DNA of 64,000 nucleotides from Wickerhamiella versatilis (GCA_030867685.1 JAQOWU010000008.1:496001-560000); one strand, 5' to 3'. Shown: positions 9,546-20,191, numbered from the stretch's first letter. Notes: generated by a model not told the origin, from the letters alone. Translations and numbers: made by a program.

Positions 9546-10586
9546 ATGACTGCACAAGGATTTACAAAAGCTGCTGTGTCTAAGAGCACTCATGATCCAC
9601 TAGAGATCCGTGAACTTCAAATTCCCAAAGTCGGGCCGAACGACTGTTTGGTTAAGATGGAAGCGTGTGGTGTCTGTCACACTGATTTGCATGTTATCGA
9701 GGGTGACTGGACAGCTTCCGACCCCAACTTCAAGCCATTCATTGCTGGACATGAGGGCGTGGGAATTGTTGTAGACAAGGGTGAAATGGTCGACTCAGTT
9801 GAGATCGGTGAGCGTGTAGGCATTCCTTGGTTGTACTCTGCCTGCGGACACTGTGAATACTGTCTCTCCGGATGGGAACCCCTCTGTAAATCTCAGAAGA
9901 ATCCTGGTCTTCATGTTGATGGTGCATTCTCGGAATACGCTATCGCTGCACCGGACTGGGTTGCGCATCTGCCTAAAGATATTGACGTCTTCGAGGTTGC
10001 TCCAGTCCTTTGCGCTGGTTTGACCGTCTACAAGGGTCTTAAGATGACCGACTGCAAGGCAGGTGATATTGTAGTTATTGGTGGTTGTGGCGGTTTGGGT
10101 CAAATGGCCATTCAATATGGTAAGAGTATGGGATTCGATGTAATTGGTGTTGATATCGATGACCAAAAGGTCGAAACTGCGAAGAAGCTCGGTGCAATTG
10201 ATGCTGTGAACGCTCTAAAGACTGATCCAGTCCAGTACGTTCAGGAGAAGTACGGCGGTGCACATGGTGCTCTAATCACAGCTGTATCTCGCCCAGCATT
10301 TGCACAGGCAATGGGTTATCTCCGTCGCGGCGGTACTATGGCTCTCAATGGCTTGCCTCCTGGAGAGTTCCCCATCGACATCATTAAAACTGTATTGAAC
10401 GGTATCACTATCCGTGGTTCTATTGTTGGCAGTCGTATGGATATGATCGAAGCCCTTCGCTTCTTTGAAGAGGGCAAGATTCACACGATTTACAAGAAGG
10501 ACAAACTTGAAAATATTAACCAGATCTTCGATGACCTGAAGAATGGTAAGGTTGAGGGCCGTGTCATTCTCGATTTTAAGCAGTAA
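9546..10586 (+). CDS. Zn-dependent alcohol dehydrogenase, bacterial AdhP type
   Basis: GVCHTDLH, GHEGVG, CGHCEYC..C structural Zn site; WLYSAC, VTAVS-like ITAVS, NGLPPG, RGSIVG match bacterial AdhP rather than yeast Adh1. Confidence 0.95.
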   Translation: MTAQGFTKAAVSKSTHDPLEIRELQIPKVGPNDCLVKMEACGVCHTDLHVIEGDWTASDPNFKPFIAGHEGVGIVVDKGEMVDSVEIGERVGIPWLYSACGHCEYCLSGWEPLCKSQKNPGLHVDGAFSEYAIAAPDWVAHLPKDIDVFEVAPVLCAGLTVYKGLKMTDCKAGDIVVIGGCGGLGQMAIQYGKSMGFDVIGVDIDDQKVETAKKLGAIDAVNALKTDPVQYVQEKYGGAHGALITAVSRPAFAQAMGYLRRGGTMALNGLPPGEFPIDIIKTVLNGITIRGSIVGSRMDMIEALRFFEEGKIHTIYKKDKLENINQIFDDLKNGKVEGRVILDFKQ

Positions 10587-10748
10587 GCAGGATAATAAAC
10601 GTAGGTTGCTTATGAACAGGACTTTTATTAAATCGATACTATTTACAGAAGTTATGAGATCGTTGAAATGTCAGCATGTGATGTGATGCTTTCCTCCTGC
10701 GTCGACGGAGAAATCAAAGACAAAAAGAGATGTCGGCAAAGTGGCTAC

Positions 10749-11207
10749 TTACTCGCGGAGCTTCTTAACTAGCCGATTTTCCCAATCAAACTGCGGTTTT
10801 TCATGATATCCAACCAAATTTGGATCTGGACGTTCTGTAATTTTATGCGCCGAGGAGGTGTCTTCGCCATTATTTTCTGCAGCCTCTGATGACTTGGTAG
10901 AGGAAAATTTAAGAAGATCTAAGATAGACTTCTTCTCAAGCTTGTTCGCATCGGGGCTTTCAACGGTGGTGTCTGTCTCAGTTTGTGTTGGCTTAGATGG
11001 CTTTGATGGAAATACTCGAGGAATTTTCGTTACGCCGTTCACAACATAGCAGGCACCATTACCTGTTTGAAGCCTGTTCCGCATAAAACCTTCGGCAACA
11101 TCCAGAACTTCTCCTTTTATTCCTGTTCCCTCAAAGTCTCGCAGGAGTTGTACCGTAACCTTTTTCGAGCGTGTAGACACTCCTCTAACCAACCTTCTCC
11201 CTATCAT
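10749..11207 (-). CDS. MRPL50: Mitochondrial ribosomal protein bL9m
   Basis: Arg-rich presequence then VQLLRDFEGTGIKGEVLDVAEGFMRNRL L9 N-domain. Confidence 0.8.
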   Translation of the reverse strand: MIGRRLVRGVSTRSKKVTVQLLRDFEGTGIKGEVLDVAEGFMRNRLQTGNGACYVVNGVTKIPRVFPSKPSKPTQTETDTTVESPDANKLEKKSILDLLKFSSTKSSEAAENNGEDTSSAHKITERPDPNLVGYHEKPQFDWENRLVKKLRE

Positions 11208-11563
11208 GTAAGCAAGTTAGTTATTCAAGGAACCATTCAGATTTAGATCTTAATATATATATGAATATAGGCAGAGAAAAAAAACTTATTCATGTCTATT
11301 TGATGGCATACTAATCGATATCAATCGCCTACTTGTTTCAAAATGAAACCACATAATAGATAAGCCAAATTCACACGATTGTATTGAGTCAGGCGGAAAT
11401 ATAAACAAGCTATTAGTCGGCAAGACAAGAGATATCCCTTTCAAATAGGTTTTTTGTGAGTATTCAGCATATCATCTCCAAGTTGACTTCAAAACTCATT
11501 AAGAGCGAGGTGTAGCTACGCGATTCCAGAAACATCCATCGCTGATTTCGAATTGTGATTCTG

Positions 11564-12346
11564 TCAGTTACCTTGCTCTTCACCCTTCGCAATTGCAGTG
11601 GTCCTTTGCTCCGCTGGCGCAGTTTCAGGAACATCGCCTACCCATAAAGTGAGGTTGTCCTTAAGTAAGTTCATTATGAGAAGAGATTCACGATACGACT
11701 CTTCGCTCAAATCATCCACTTTAGTCCTCAAGAGCATGATAGCTTGGTCGAAACCTTCGCGTGCCAACTTGCAGGCTTTTTCTGTATCATTCATAATTTC
11801 ATAGTAGAAGACACTAAAATTTAGAGCGAGTCCAATACGAAGGGGATCACTAGGACTCAATTCATTTTTGGAAGAATCCGACGCAGTGGAATATGCTTTG
11901 AGAGCCTCGTTGGTGGCATTTTTTCGCTGGTCACCACTGGAAAATTCTGCTAGATACCGGTAATAATCACCCTTCAACTTATTATAGAAAACAAAAGCTT
12001 CTTCTGTGTCCGCCGCTGGTATTAGGTACTCATCAAGTAGGCCAAGAATATCCTCACAGGCTTCTTTCAGTTCCTTTTCAATCTTGAATCGATAACTGTT
12101 GATCAGAAAAACCTGTTGCTTATCGGACCCAGTCTCCTTATGCTGCTCAATTGACGCAATCATTCGCCATGAAGCACGAAGTGGCCCAACAATATTCTTG
12201 GACGCGATGGCTAAGAGGTTTCTTTCCTCAACGCCCAAAACATTGTTCAAGTCAATCATCTTTCTCATAAGCGATAACATGTCATCACATCGATCTGCAC
12301 GCTCCGCAAGCCTCGCTAGGTACGCATAATCCTCTTGCGATGCCAT
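11564..12346 (-). CDS. 14-3-3 protein (divergent BMH paralogue)
   Basis: EERNLL, RASWR, KGDYYRYLAEF, LGLALNFSVFYYEI-like, DNLTLW. Start set at MASQEDY by family alignment. Confidence 0.93.
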   Translation of the reverse strand: MASQEDYAYLARLAERADRCDDMLSLMRKMIDLNNVLGVEERNLLAIASKNIVGPLRASWRMIASIEQHKETGSDKQQVFLINSYRFKIEKELKEACEDILGLLDEYLIPAADTEEAFVFYNKLKGDYYRYLAEFSSGDQRKNATNEALKAYSTASDSSKNELSPSDPLRIGLALNFSVFYYEIMNDTEKACKLAREGFDQAIMLLRTKVDDLSEESYRESLLIMNLLKDNLTLWVGDVPETAPAEQRTTAIAKGEEQGN

Positions 12347-12644
12347 GGAGTAATGATGAAGGTCGAGTGGTGGTGTGTGGTAGTGATGGTGCGTAGTAAT
12401 GCATAGCCTCAGCCCCGCATATGGGTACGGAGACACCCGCATGAACCGTAAAGAAGAAGTTTAGACCATGTGTTTCTAAAAAATTTGAAGCATCTGTCAT
12501 GGTTGAGCCGATCTTAACTCTAGTCTGACAGATCTGATCCATCTTCCCTTAGAAAAGAAATAGAAAGATATCTCTAAGCTGACAGGATTTTCCCTTACAT
12601 TTTCTCAAGAACAGGCATTCTTAATTACACGTTTCTCAAGTGAA

Positions 12645-13133
12645 CTAAAAGCGATAAGCCATTTCAACCCCACAGTCCGAGTATCCACATTTTTTATAGA
12701 AACCCACATTCTTTTCGTCGCAATCAAGAATCACTTTATAGCAATTCATGCTTTTAGCTATAGCTGTTAAACAGGCAATTATATGCTTTCCCAGTTTCAA
12801 ACCTTGTTGATCTCCACGAACAGCTATGTCTTCAATGTGACCTACCTTACCGCAATCGTGAATCAACTTACACTCAATAAAGAGAGTTCCACATGCAACG
12901 ACATTTCCACTAGGATCTTGCACTACAGTTATAAAGTAGGTGCCTTTCTGAGAGCTCCAAAAGTTTATCAGGGAAGCAAAAGAGTCCCTTGAAACATCAC
13001 CTACAGTGGTGAGGGTACGCAATACGACCAAAATACCTCTATCATAGTCCTCCAGGCTAATAGGCCGTATACTGTAGCCCTGCTTGAGGCTCTGTTGAAT
13101 ACTTTGCGGAATCAGAAGAGGGTCAAACATCAT
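12645..13133 (-). CDS. GNA1: Glucosamine-6-phosphate N-acetyltransferase
   Basis: LTTVG, KLIHDCGKVGHIEDIAV, QQGLKLG, CYKVILDC, NVGFYKKCG. Confidence 0.95.
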   Translation of the reverse strand: MMFDPLLIPQSIQQSLKQGYSIRPISLEDYDRGILVVLRTLTTVGDVSRDSFASLINFWSSQKGTYFITVVQDPSGNVVACGTLFIECKLIHDCGKVGHIEDIAVRGDQQGLKLGKHIIACLTAIAKSMNCYKVILDCDEKNVGFYKKCGYSDCGVEMAYRF

Positions 13134-13219
13134 GTAAACATACGTTACGTAACTACATTCACTAAAAATTGCATAAAAGTATTTTTTCGATTTCATCCTA
13201 GGAGCGAAGCATACGAAAA

Positions 13220-14569
13220 TCAATAGAAGTCACCGTGATCAATCATAGCTTCTGCTACCTTGACAAAACCTGCTATGTTTGCTCCCCGTACAAGACTTGG
13301 AAGTTTTTCCTCAGCTAGAGCGTACTTAACTGATGTATCATAGCAGATATTGAAACATGTGACCATAATATCCTTCAAACGCTTGTCGACTTCTTCTGAA
13401 GTCCAAGGCACCCGACTCGAGTTCTGAGCCATTTCCAGACCAGAAACCGCAACACCTCCAGAGTTTGCTGCTTTAGCCGGACCATACCAGAAGCCAGTTG
13501 CGGAGCGAGCTTTCTCGTAGACAGTAATAGCTTCCAAAGTAGATCCCATGTTAGATCCTTCAGCCAGGAACTTGCAACCAGTCTTTACCAAATGTTCAGC
13601 ATCAAGTTCTCCTACTTCATTTTGCGTGGCACATGGCAAAGCCACATCAACCTTATCTACCAATGTCCAGGGTGAGCTGCCGGCATGGAAAACATACCCA
13701 GTACCGAAGTTGAGAGACTTCAGAGGCTTGCGTTCAGATTTCAACTTAATCACTTCATTCACGTCCTCCAGGGTGAATCCGCTTTCAGATATGTATGTAC
13801 CACTGGTGTCACTTAGACTCAAAACCGTACCGCCGAGTTGAATAACCTTCTCAGCGGCATACTGAGCAACATTTCCGCTACCACTTATCAGTACTTTCTT
13901 TCCCTTAAAGGACTCACGGCCACTCGTTGCACGGTCTATCATGCAATCCACATAATAGACAAGGCCATATCCGGTGGCCTCAGGACGGATTAAGGATCCA
14001 CCCCATGTCAGACCCTTGCATGTCAGAATACCTTCCCACTTGTTGGCAAGACGCTTGTATTCACCAAACAGGAATCCGATTTCTACGGGTCCCACATTCA
14101 TATCTCCAGCAGGGACATCTGTGTTGGGACCGATATGCCTGACAAGCTCGCTCATAAAAGCTTTGCAAAATCTACGGATTTCAGACTTTGAGCGACCTCT
14201 AGGATCAAAGTCTGCACCACCTTTACCACCGCCCATGTTTAGACCAGTCAAAGCATTTTTGAAAACCTGCTCGAAGCCAAGGAATTTGAGGACGCTGAGA
14301 TTTACCGTTGGGTGAAAGCGCAAACCACCCTTATAAGGACCAAGAGCTGAGTTGAACTGCACTCGGAAGCCACGATTTACCTGGAGCTTACCCTCATCAT
14401 CTTCCCAGGTTACTCGGAACTGAATAACCCGTTCAGGAATAGAGATCACATCCACGAGACGCTCAAACTCCGGACGTTGCTTGAAAAGAGTCGAGTCGTT
14501 CAAGGTGTAGATAAGCTCATCATAAGCTTGCTGGAATTCCGGTTCGATTGGCAGATTCGTTTGAGACAT
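13220..14569 (-). CDS. GDH1: NADP-specific glutamate dehydrogenase
   Basis: [50 protein letters not shown]. Confidence 0.97.
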   Translation of the reverse strand: MSQTNLPIEPEFQQAYDELIYTLNDSTLFKQRPEFERLVDVISIPERVIQFRVTWEDDEGKLQVNRGFRVQFNSALGPYKGGLRFHPTVNLSVLKFLGFEQVFKNALTGLNMGGGKGGADFDPRGRSKSEIRRFCKAFMSELVRHIGPNTDVPAGDMNVGPVEIGFLFGEYKRLANKWEGILTCKGLTWGGSLIRPEATGYGLVYYVDCMIDRATSGRESFKGKKVLISGSGNVAQYAAEKVIQLGGTVLSLSDTSGTYISESGFTLEDVNEVIKLKSERKPLKSLNFGTGYVFHAGSSPWTLVDKVDVALPCATQNEVGELDAEHLVKTGCKFLAEGSNMGSTLEAITVYEKARSATGFWYGPAKAANSGGVAVSGLEMAQNSSRVPWTSEEVDKRLKDIMVTCFNICYDTSVKYALAEEKLPSLVRGANIAGFVKVAEAMIDHGDFY

Positions 14570-14923
14570 TGAAACCGTGAAAACTCTGACTGATCGTTAC
14601 AATAAATACCACTAGGTTAGGGCTAGGGCTTGGGCATCCTTATCATTCGGCTTTGGCAGACACCGATATCGGCTAGTGTGTATGCTAGGAGAGAAATGAG
14701 AACGTCAGATTCAAGCGGTATTAACATACGATGTTGTACCTACAATAGTAAACGAGCAATTTGATAGATATTTGGGATCTGTATATTCAAGGCTGTTAGT
14801 TTTCAGGTGTCTAAGCTCGCTGGTGTTCGTTGCCGGGGGTTTGTGTCCACTTCAACCCAGATCAACCTAAAGGCTAACTTGCTATACGACATTTGTACAT
14901 AAAAAAATTGAATAAATGCTTAA

Positions 14924-16162
14924 CTACTCGCTGATTTCAAAATCACGAGCATCTTCGGCCATAAATGGCCGCAACTCGATGCCCTCCTCTTTTCCATGGG
15001 TATCTTCAGAATTTTGACGTCTCATGACAACATATGATTCGACAGTAAACAAAGTCATCAGGAAGCAAATTCCCGCAATAGATGTCCCTAGAAGCACATA
15101 GGGCGCGGCCATAATACCCTGGCTATCCAAGAAGAACATGGCTTCTTCTGTAGCGGACATGAAGAGGATACCTGACTCAAATAGAAGGAAAGGAGCTACA
15201 TATTGCCAAGAATGGGGAACAAGTCCTCGGTGTGGGCGATCCTTCATGACAAAACTGACTTCGATAACCCTTGCCAATCCAGCAGCCATGAGCATGACAC
15301 CAAACATGAAGTGGATATTGGTCGAAATAGGGAGATTCTGTACGTGGGTCATCATCGCATATCCGGTAATCATAATAATGATAGCAGGCCAATGATTCCG
15401 CTGTGGACAATCCTTAACACGATTCCACGAGCGATACAAACCAACCATACCACATGCCCACCACACAATACCCATAGACGTATGCTGTACATCACCATGT
15501 CCCCAGCCTTCTTTGCCCCATCGGTGCTCTGTAAATGTATTGATGATGCCCCAAAGCGTTATGACTAGACTGTCGTACCATTCCTGGCTGCGATTTGTCC
15601 GGTCGAGGAAATGCTCACCACAATACAACATAATCAGAAGTATTGCACCATATGTCACAAAAGCTGTACCCATAATGCCATGAGCCAGGCATTGCCCCAA
15701 ATGGTCTTTCTTACACCATTGCAAGAAGCTCACAAAACCGAGTCCACAAAATACCCAGCACACAAGCGGCTGGACAGTGCAAACTGCGATATGCACTTTA
15801 TTTAATATATTTCGTACATTGTACAAAATACCCTTGGGAACATAAATTAAGAGTAAGAAAGACCCACCAACACAAAGAAGGGCCCAGAGAGTTGCAATAT
15901 CAGCCAACCATGGATTGTACTCGGGAACTCCGGTGAAGTGACCCAATATTGTCCCGATAACTGCGAGGACCCCGCCCACACTCATGATCAAAAGATGGCG
16001 CGGGCTTCGCCCTTGTTTGGCGGCGAAACCATAAGGCAAGATGAGTCCAAATGTCAGTGATAAAATAATAAAATGGAAGACTAGAGTTGCTGTGATCTTC
16101 TTATCGATTTCAACGAATTTGGAGTGCTTGTGCTCCATTCCGTTCTCCATTCCGTTCTCCAT
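14924..16162 (-). CDS. YTP1: Ytp1 family multi-pass membrane protein
   Basis: HLGQCLAHGIMG, NTFTEHRWG, DVQHTSMG, FMSATEE motifs; many TM segments. Confidence 0.88.
   Translation of the reverse strand: MENGMENGMEHKHSKFVEIDKKITATLVFHFIILSLTFGLILPYGFAAKQGRSPRHLLIMSVGGVLAVIGTILGHFTGVPEYNPWLADIATLWALLCVGGSFLLLIYVPKGILYNVRNILNKVHIAVCTVQPLVCWVFCGLGFVSFLQWCKKDHLGQCLAHGIMGTAFVTYGAILLIMLYCGEHFLDRTNRSQEWYDSLVITLWGIINTFTEHRWGKEGWGHGDVQHTSMGIVWWACGMVGLYRSWNRVKDCPQRNHWPAIIIMITGYAMMTHVQNLPISTNIHFMFGVMLMAAGLARVIEVSFVMKDRPHRGLVPHSWQYVAPFLLFESGILFMSATEEAMFFLDSQGIMAAPYVLLGTSIAGICFLMTLFTVESYVVMRRQNSEDTHGKEEGIELRPFMAEDARDFEISE
16133..16162. repeat. 12-bp tandem repeat (2.5 copies) at YTP1 start
   Basis: CTCCATTCCGTT x2 + CTCCAT; encodes MENG-MENG-ME on the minus strand. 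Confidence 0.8.
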
Positions 16163-16481
16163 CTTCCAGAGTATGTGTCAGCAGGGGTAGGAATGTGGAT
16201 GTGGTTTGTCGTTTACCTCGGTAAGGGAAACTAGGACTTCATTTTAGTCCGTCTCAGAATCGAAATAAAAAGGGGTTGTTTTCTGTTATGACTTCGTTAT
16301 TTTGGATACCGAATTTTTGGACAATTAGTTCATAACGGAGTAGAATGAGTTAGCTGAAATAATCCAAGTATATCGTCAGGAAATTTAGATGTAGGCTATA
16401 ATGGTTTTCAGTGGCCACTCCGCTTGTCTTCATGAGTTTAATCGGCTTTCACTTTAGAGATTCAGCTGAGTCATAAATGCT

Positions 16482-18860
16482 ATGCGAGGATGCCAGGATC
16501 AGGTATCATGGTCAAAGAAGGGCTTGATAGCGTTCATTTGTAATGGTAAAGCATTCCTGACTATACCATGCTGTCAAGATGGCCATCGCTGGTCGATGGT
16601 ACAACCCATGGAAGTGCCTTTATCTTCTCAGGCGGTACATGTATGTTGGTCCAGTGTGAACTATGACTTGGCAATTGTTGATGCTCTTGGAAGGGTACAG
16701 ATTACGACTATTGGATCAGAAGGGCAATGTAATAACTACATTGTTGGTAGTTTTGCTGCAGATTCTCGATCTCGGCCTTCTGAACTTGATGTTGTGATCG
16801 GTACCTATTGGCTGGGTGTGGATAAGAAAATGGTTATGCCTACACCAGATGGCTCCTCTAGACCTTGGGAACCTAGCAAAGCATATGGTCCCTTCCATCC
16901 TACTCGGAACCGAGGAGCATTATTGGCGGTGAACGGAAATGGAATGATGCGACTTCTTTTCCAATTACCATCCCTCCGTTACCATGAGGTGGACACAATT
17001 CTAAGCGACGTATTCGACGTTCGAAACGTTACTTTTTGTCCTGTTGGGAATAGCCTGCTCGTTGCAGTATACTCAGGCGACCGTCAAATGTCTATTTTTG
17101 AGGTTGTAATAAATTGGCAGAATGAGCAAACAACAATGAAGTCATGGATTGTAGCATCTATTGATAAAATACCTGATCCAAATGTCGTTTCTTTATCTAT
17201 GATGCGCCCACCATTTTCGGAGAACGAGATTATTTTACAAGTAATCTGTGTGGATACTTCTTACCGATACAAAATAAATAACAAAAAAGTAAGCCTTCAC
17301 TCTGCATTCGTGGAGCTTTCTACGACATGTGAGACGGCGCCTTCTATTCAAGAATGGACTATAGAGCCTGCCGGGTCTGTGACCGGAAGCTCAAAGGTGA
17401 AGGCTTTTTACGCTTTGGATCTTTTCACTTTAACAGTTTATGTGGATGGAACAACTTCTGTGGAGTGCCTTGTTCAAGGGCTTTCATCCTTTGCGGACCA
17501 TGGATTAGGCTTTTCTAGAAAGGACCTTCAATCTTCTGCGCTTTGCTTCTCACCAGCGGGCTGTGCTGCTTGTTATCTTGATGATGATGGGAAACCTCAA
17601 ATTTCTCTGGTTAGTCCAGTTAATGAAGCGGGACAGAATTTGCATAAAGTCGCGACTGTCTTAGCGACATATTACGCCTTTACCGTTTTTAATTCTATAC
17701 AATCATCGGATGATGTAGTAGCAGTATGTTGGAGACTGATACGAAGCCAAAAAAATGAGAAGAGCTCACAAATGTTCTCTAATATGCTGGCAGCAGAGAC
17801 GCAGCGGTTACTGAATGTTTCGTTTGCAGCACCAGTAGATTCTAGGCATATTGACCTTGCAATTATTATTCCTTCTCCTCTTCAGAAATTGCTGGCATTT
17901 CAGACGATAATGGGTACATCCGAAGGATGGAGCCGCACATCAGGCGGAACACTTTCCCTAGCTGTTTTGAACCTCCAAATGGCAGCGGTAAGTGCTACAT
18001 GGACTTTGAAAAAAGTCATGATAAAGCAGCCAGTTCCGCCAAGGGGGGAAATAGCTTTGCGCTGCTTTCATGTGTCCAACATGTTTGGGCAAGTTCGCTG
18101 GGTTTCTGATCTTGTAGCTCGGATATCTCAAGAGTTATACAGTGCCAGTGTTGCCTTTGATTCAACATCTGGAGGCCAAACGAAAAACTCAGCCCAGCAT
18201 TTATTAGGAGACGAGCCAAATGTTCTACTCTCGTTATGCTTTGCTAGCATTACCAGATTTCTGCTCAAATATGCGCTTAGTGGTATTCGGTCCCTGAGTT
18301 ATGCAATAAGAAGTATAGCGGATGTTGAAGCTCAACTCGGACTAGCCGCAGAGGAGTGTATCGCTGCACAAACCAAGAAAAGATTTGAGACTATTCTTAA
18401 GGCAGTGCCCGTTAGTGTTGAGAAGTTCGAGAGGGTATTGAAAGAATTTGACACAATAATTTTACAACATTTTACCAAGCAGCATATCAACGATACAGAC
18501 CGTCAAGCCATTGATGCGGAACTCGTGCGAAATGCTAAATGTCCTTCCGTGTTGTTACCCATGTGTGATTCACTGGTGCAAGCCTTTAGGACTAACGTTC
18601 TCGGAGGAGAGAAAGTGGATCTTGCAAAACTGTACTTCTACGACACTAATTGGTTGCATATAGATGAGGCCACTCCCTCGTTCGACGTTGATGGTATCCG
18701 GAAACGACTTTTGCCTGGCAAAGGTAGCCTGAGGTGTAGCAGGTGCGGTATGAAGACAATACATGAGAGTCCAAAATTGCAGAACATACCCCACTGGACT
18801 GTACTTTTCCAGCGACAATGTGTCTGTGGTGGTACATGGATCAAAAACATAGCATCATAG
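16482..18860 (+). CDS. SIN4: Mediator tail subunit Med16
   Basis: SWSKKGLIA start, GPFHP, LQKLL, and C-terminal DGIRK..LRCSRCG..W..QRQCVCGGTW Zn-ribbon typical of fungal Med16. Confidence 0.88.
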   Translation: MRGCQDQVSWSKKGLIAFICNGKAFLTIPCCQDGHRWSMVQPMEVPLSSQAVHVCWSSVNYDLAIVDALGRVQITTIGSEGQCNNYIVGSFAADSRSRPSELDVVIGTYWLGVDKKMVMPTPDGSSRPWEPSKAYGPFHPTRNRGALLAVNGNGMMRLLFQLPSLRYHEVDTILSDVFDVRNVTFCPVGNSLLVAVYSGDRQMSIFEVVINWQNEQTTMKSWIVASIDKIPDPNVVSLSMMRPPFSENEIILQVICVDTSYRYKINNKKVSLHSAFVELSTTCETAPSIQEWTIEPAGSVTGSSKVKAFYALDLFTLTVYVDGTTSVECLVQGLSSFADHGLGFSRKDLQSSALCFSPAGCAACYLDDDGKPQISLVSPVNEAGQNLHKVATVLATYYAFTVFNSIQSSDDVVAVCWRLIRSQKNEKSSQMFSNMLAAETQRLLNVSFAAPVDSRHIDLAIIIPSPLQKLLAFQTIMGTSEGWSRTSGGTLSLAVLNLQMAAVSATWTLKKVMIKQPVPPRGEIALRCFHVSNMFGQVRWVSDLVARISQELYSASVAFDSTSGGQTKNSAQHLLGDEPNVLLSLCFASITRFLLKYALSGIRSLSYAIRSIADVEAQLGLAAEECIAAQTKKRFETILKAVPVSVEKFERVLKEFDTIILQHFTKQHINDTDRQAIDAELVRNAKCPSVLLPMCDSLVQAFRTNVLGGEKVDLAKLYFYDTNWLHIDEATPSFDVDGIRKRLLPGKGSLRCSRCGMKTIHESPKLQNIPHWTVLFQRQCVCGGTWIKNIAS

Positions 18861-18886
18861 ATGAGAATAGCCTACTGTCTACATCA

Positions 18887-20191
18887 CTAATCTAAAGAAG
18901 ACTTCCTTGAGAGCAAAGCCTCCTCTAAATCTTGGATTTCCTGTTGTCGTGCAATTTCAGGCAATCTTCTATATAGCTTGGCTTGTCCAAAATCTGCAAG
19001 ACGAACAACACCCGAGTTGTCAACATAGAAGCTTTCGAGTGAGATAGATCCATGCATCAGTCCTGCTGCATTGACTGCAGACACAACTCGCCTCATATGC
19101 CGCGAAATGTGGGGTGTAATATCATCTGCGGTCATGCGACGTCCAAAGGGCTCTAGTGCTAGGACTTGCACCCCACCTTGGAGATGACCGTAAAATATAC
19201 GGCGAGGTACCAATATAGGTGGCTTTTGTGAAGCTAGATATTCATATACAGAGGCCTCTTTGCGCAGATGCTCGTTGTCGCCTTGTGAGATTTTGAATAC
19301 GGCTGGTTCAGAAGCTTGACATCGATTCATAGTTATCGTTACTTGGCCATCTAAGTCCCAGCCAGCATTTGCAGGGGCGACTTTGTCAAAATACAGACGA
19401 AAAGAGCGCTTGCTCATTTGATCCGCAACCCACCACTTGATTCTTCCAGAGATACCAGCTTCATAGCTACTAAGCGGCTGAATATCTGGTTCTGGAAGAG
19501 TCTCAACAGCGACATTTAAACCTTCATTTTGGAAAAAGGGTAGCTCGAATACTGCTTCCAAACATACCGCAAGGAATACTAAGCCCAGGTCACGAGAAGC
19601 GATCGGGTTCGAAATCCTTAGTTCAAGACCGCGACTACCAGAGCTGATAGAGACGAAGCGAGCAAATGAAGGAGAGGCAATGAGACCCAATGGGCAAGCA
19701 TTAAGAAGCAGGGTCCCACATAAACTTTGTAACGTGCTGTCACACCTAGCGTGGTCTAACAGTTCTGACCATAGAGCCAAACTAACCTCAGCATCTGATA
19801 CTTCTCGGCAGAGAAATAACGGACGGCCACTTGTACTAGCGCGCAGTATGAAATCTGAATGTCCAAGAAGCTTTTCATCATCATAAAAAAAACAGGCTTC
19901 TATGCCGTTTTCTTCAAACATCGGTTCAATGATGATCTGAGCGACCTCCTTTGGATTGCGAATTTTAATATCGGTCTTCTTGGAATCATCTATCCTAGAC
20001 AAGTTTCTCCTGACCATAAAATCGAACTTATCCCAGGACGATATCACGCTGAAGTTTGACGGTGGAACAGAACGCAGATGATAATATTGCGCAGGGTCTA
20101 ATGGTTTCGGTGCACCAAGCGACCTCGTACTCGTAGCATCAACTAGCCTTGGACTCAACGTGGGCATCGTCGACTGGAAAGTTGAAGTCAT
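18887..20191 (-). CDS. Uncharacterised protein: degenerate REase-like domain plus C-terminal atypical kinase-like domain
   Basis: 434-aa ORF; VFKI..EASVYEYL..VP..YG..LALEPFG..MHGSIS..VRLADFGQAK kinase-like pattern. Confidence 0.7.
   Translation of the reverse strand: MTSTFQSTMPTLSPRLVDATSTRSLGAPKPLDPAQYYHLRSVPPSNFSVISSWDKFDFMVRRNLSRIDDSKKTDIKIRNPKEVAQIIIEPMFEENGIEACFFYDDEKLLGHSDFILRASTSGRPLFLCREVSDAEVSLALWSELLDHARCDSTLQSLCGTLLLNACPLGLIASPSFARFVSISSGSRGLELRISNPIASRDLGLVFLAVCLEAVFELPFFQNEGLNVAVETLPEPDIQPLSSYEAGISGRIKWWVADQMSKRSFRLYFDKVAPANAGWDLDGQVTITMNRCQASEPAVFKISQGDNEHLRKEASVYEYLASQKPPILVPRRIFYGHLQGGVQVLALEPFGRRMTADDITPHISRHMRRVVSAVNAAGLMHGSISLESFYVDNSGVVRLADFGQAKLYRRLPEIARQQEIQDLEEALLSRKSSLD

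Noticed and set aside
12400..12450. TPP-riboswitch-like start (CGGGTGTC...GCTGAG) on the minus strand upstream of the 14-3-3 gene
   Set aside because: The downstream CTTGATC..GGATAATACCAGCGAAAGG half of the aptamer is absent and the gene is unrelated to thiamine
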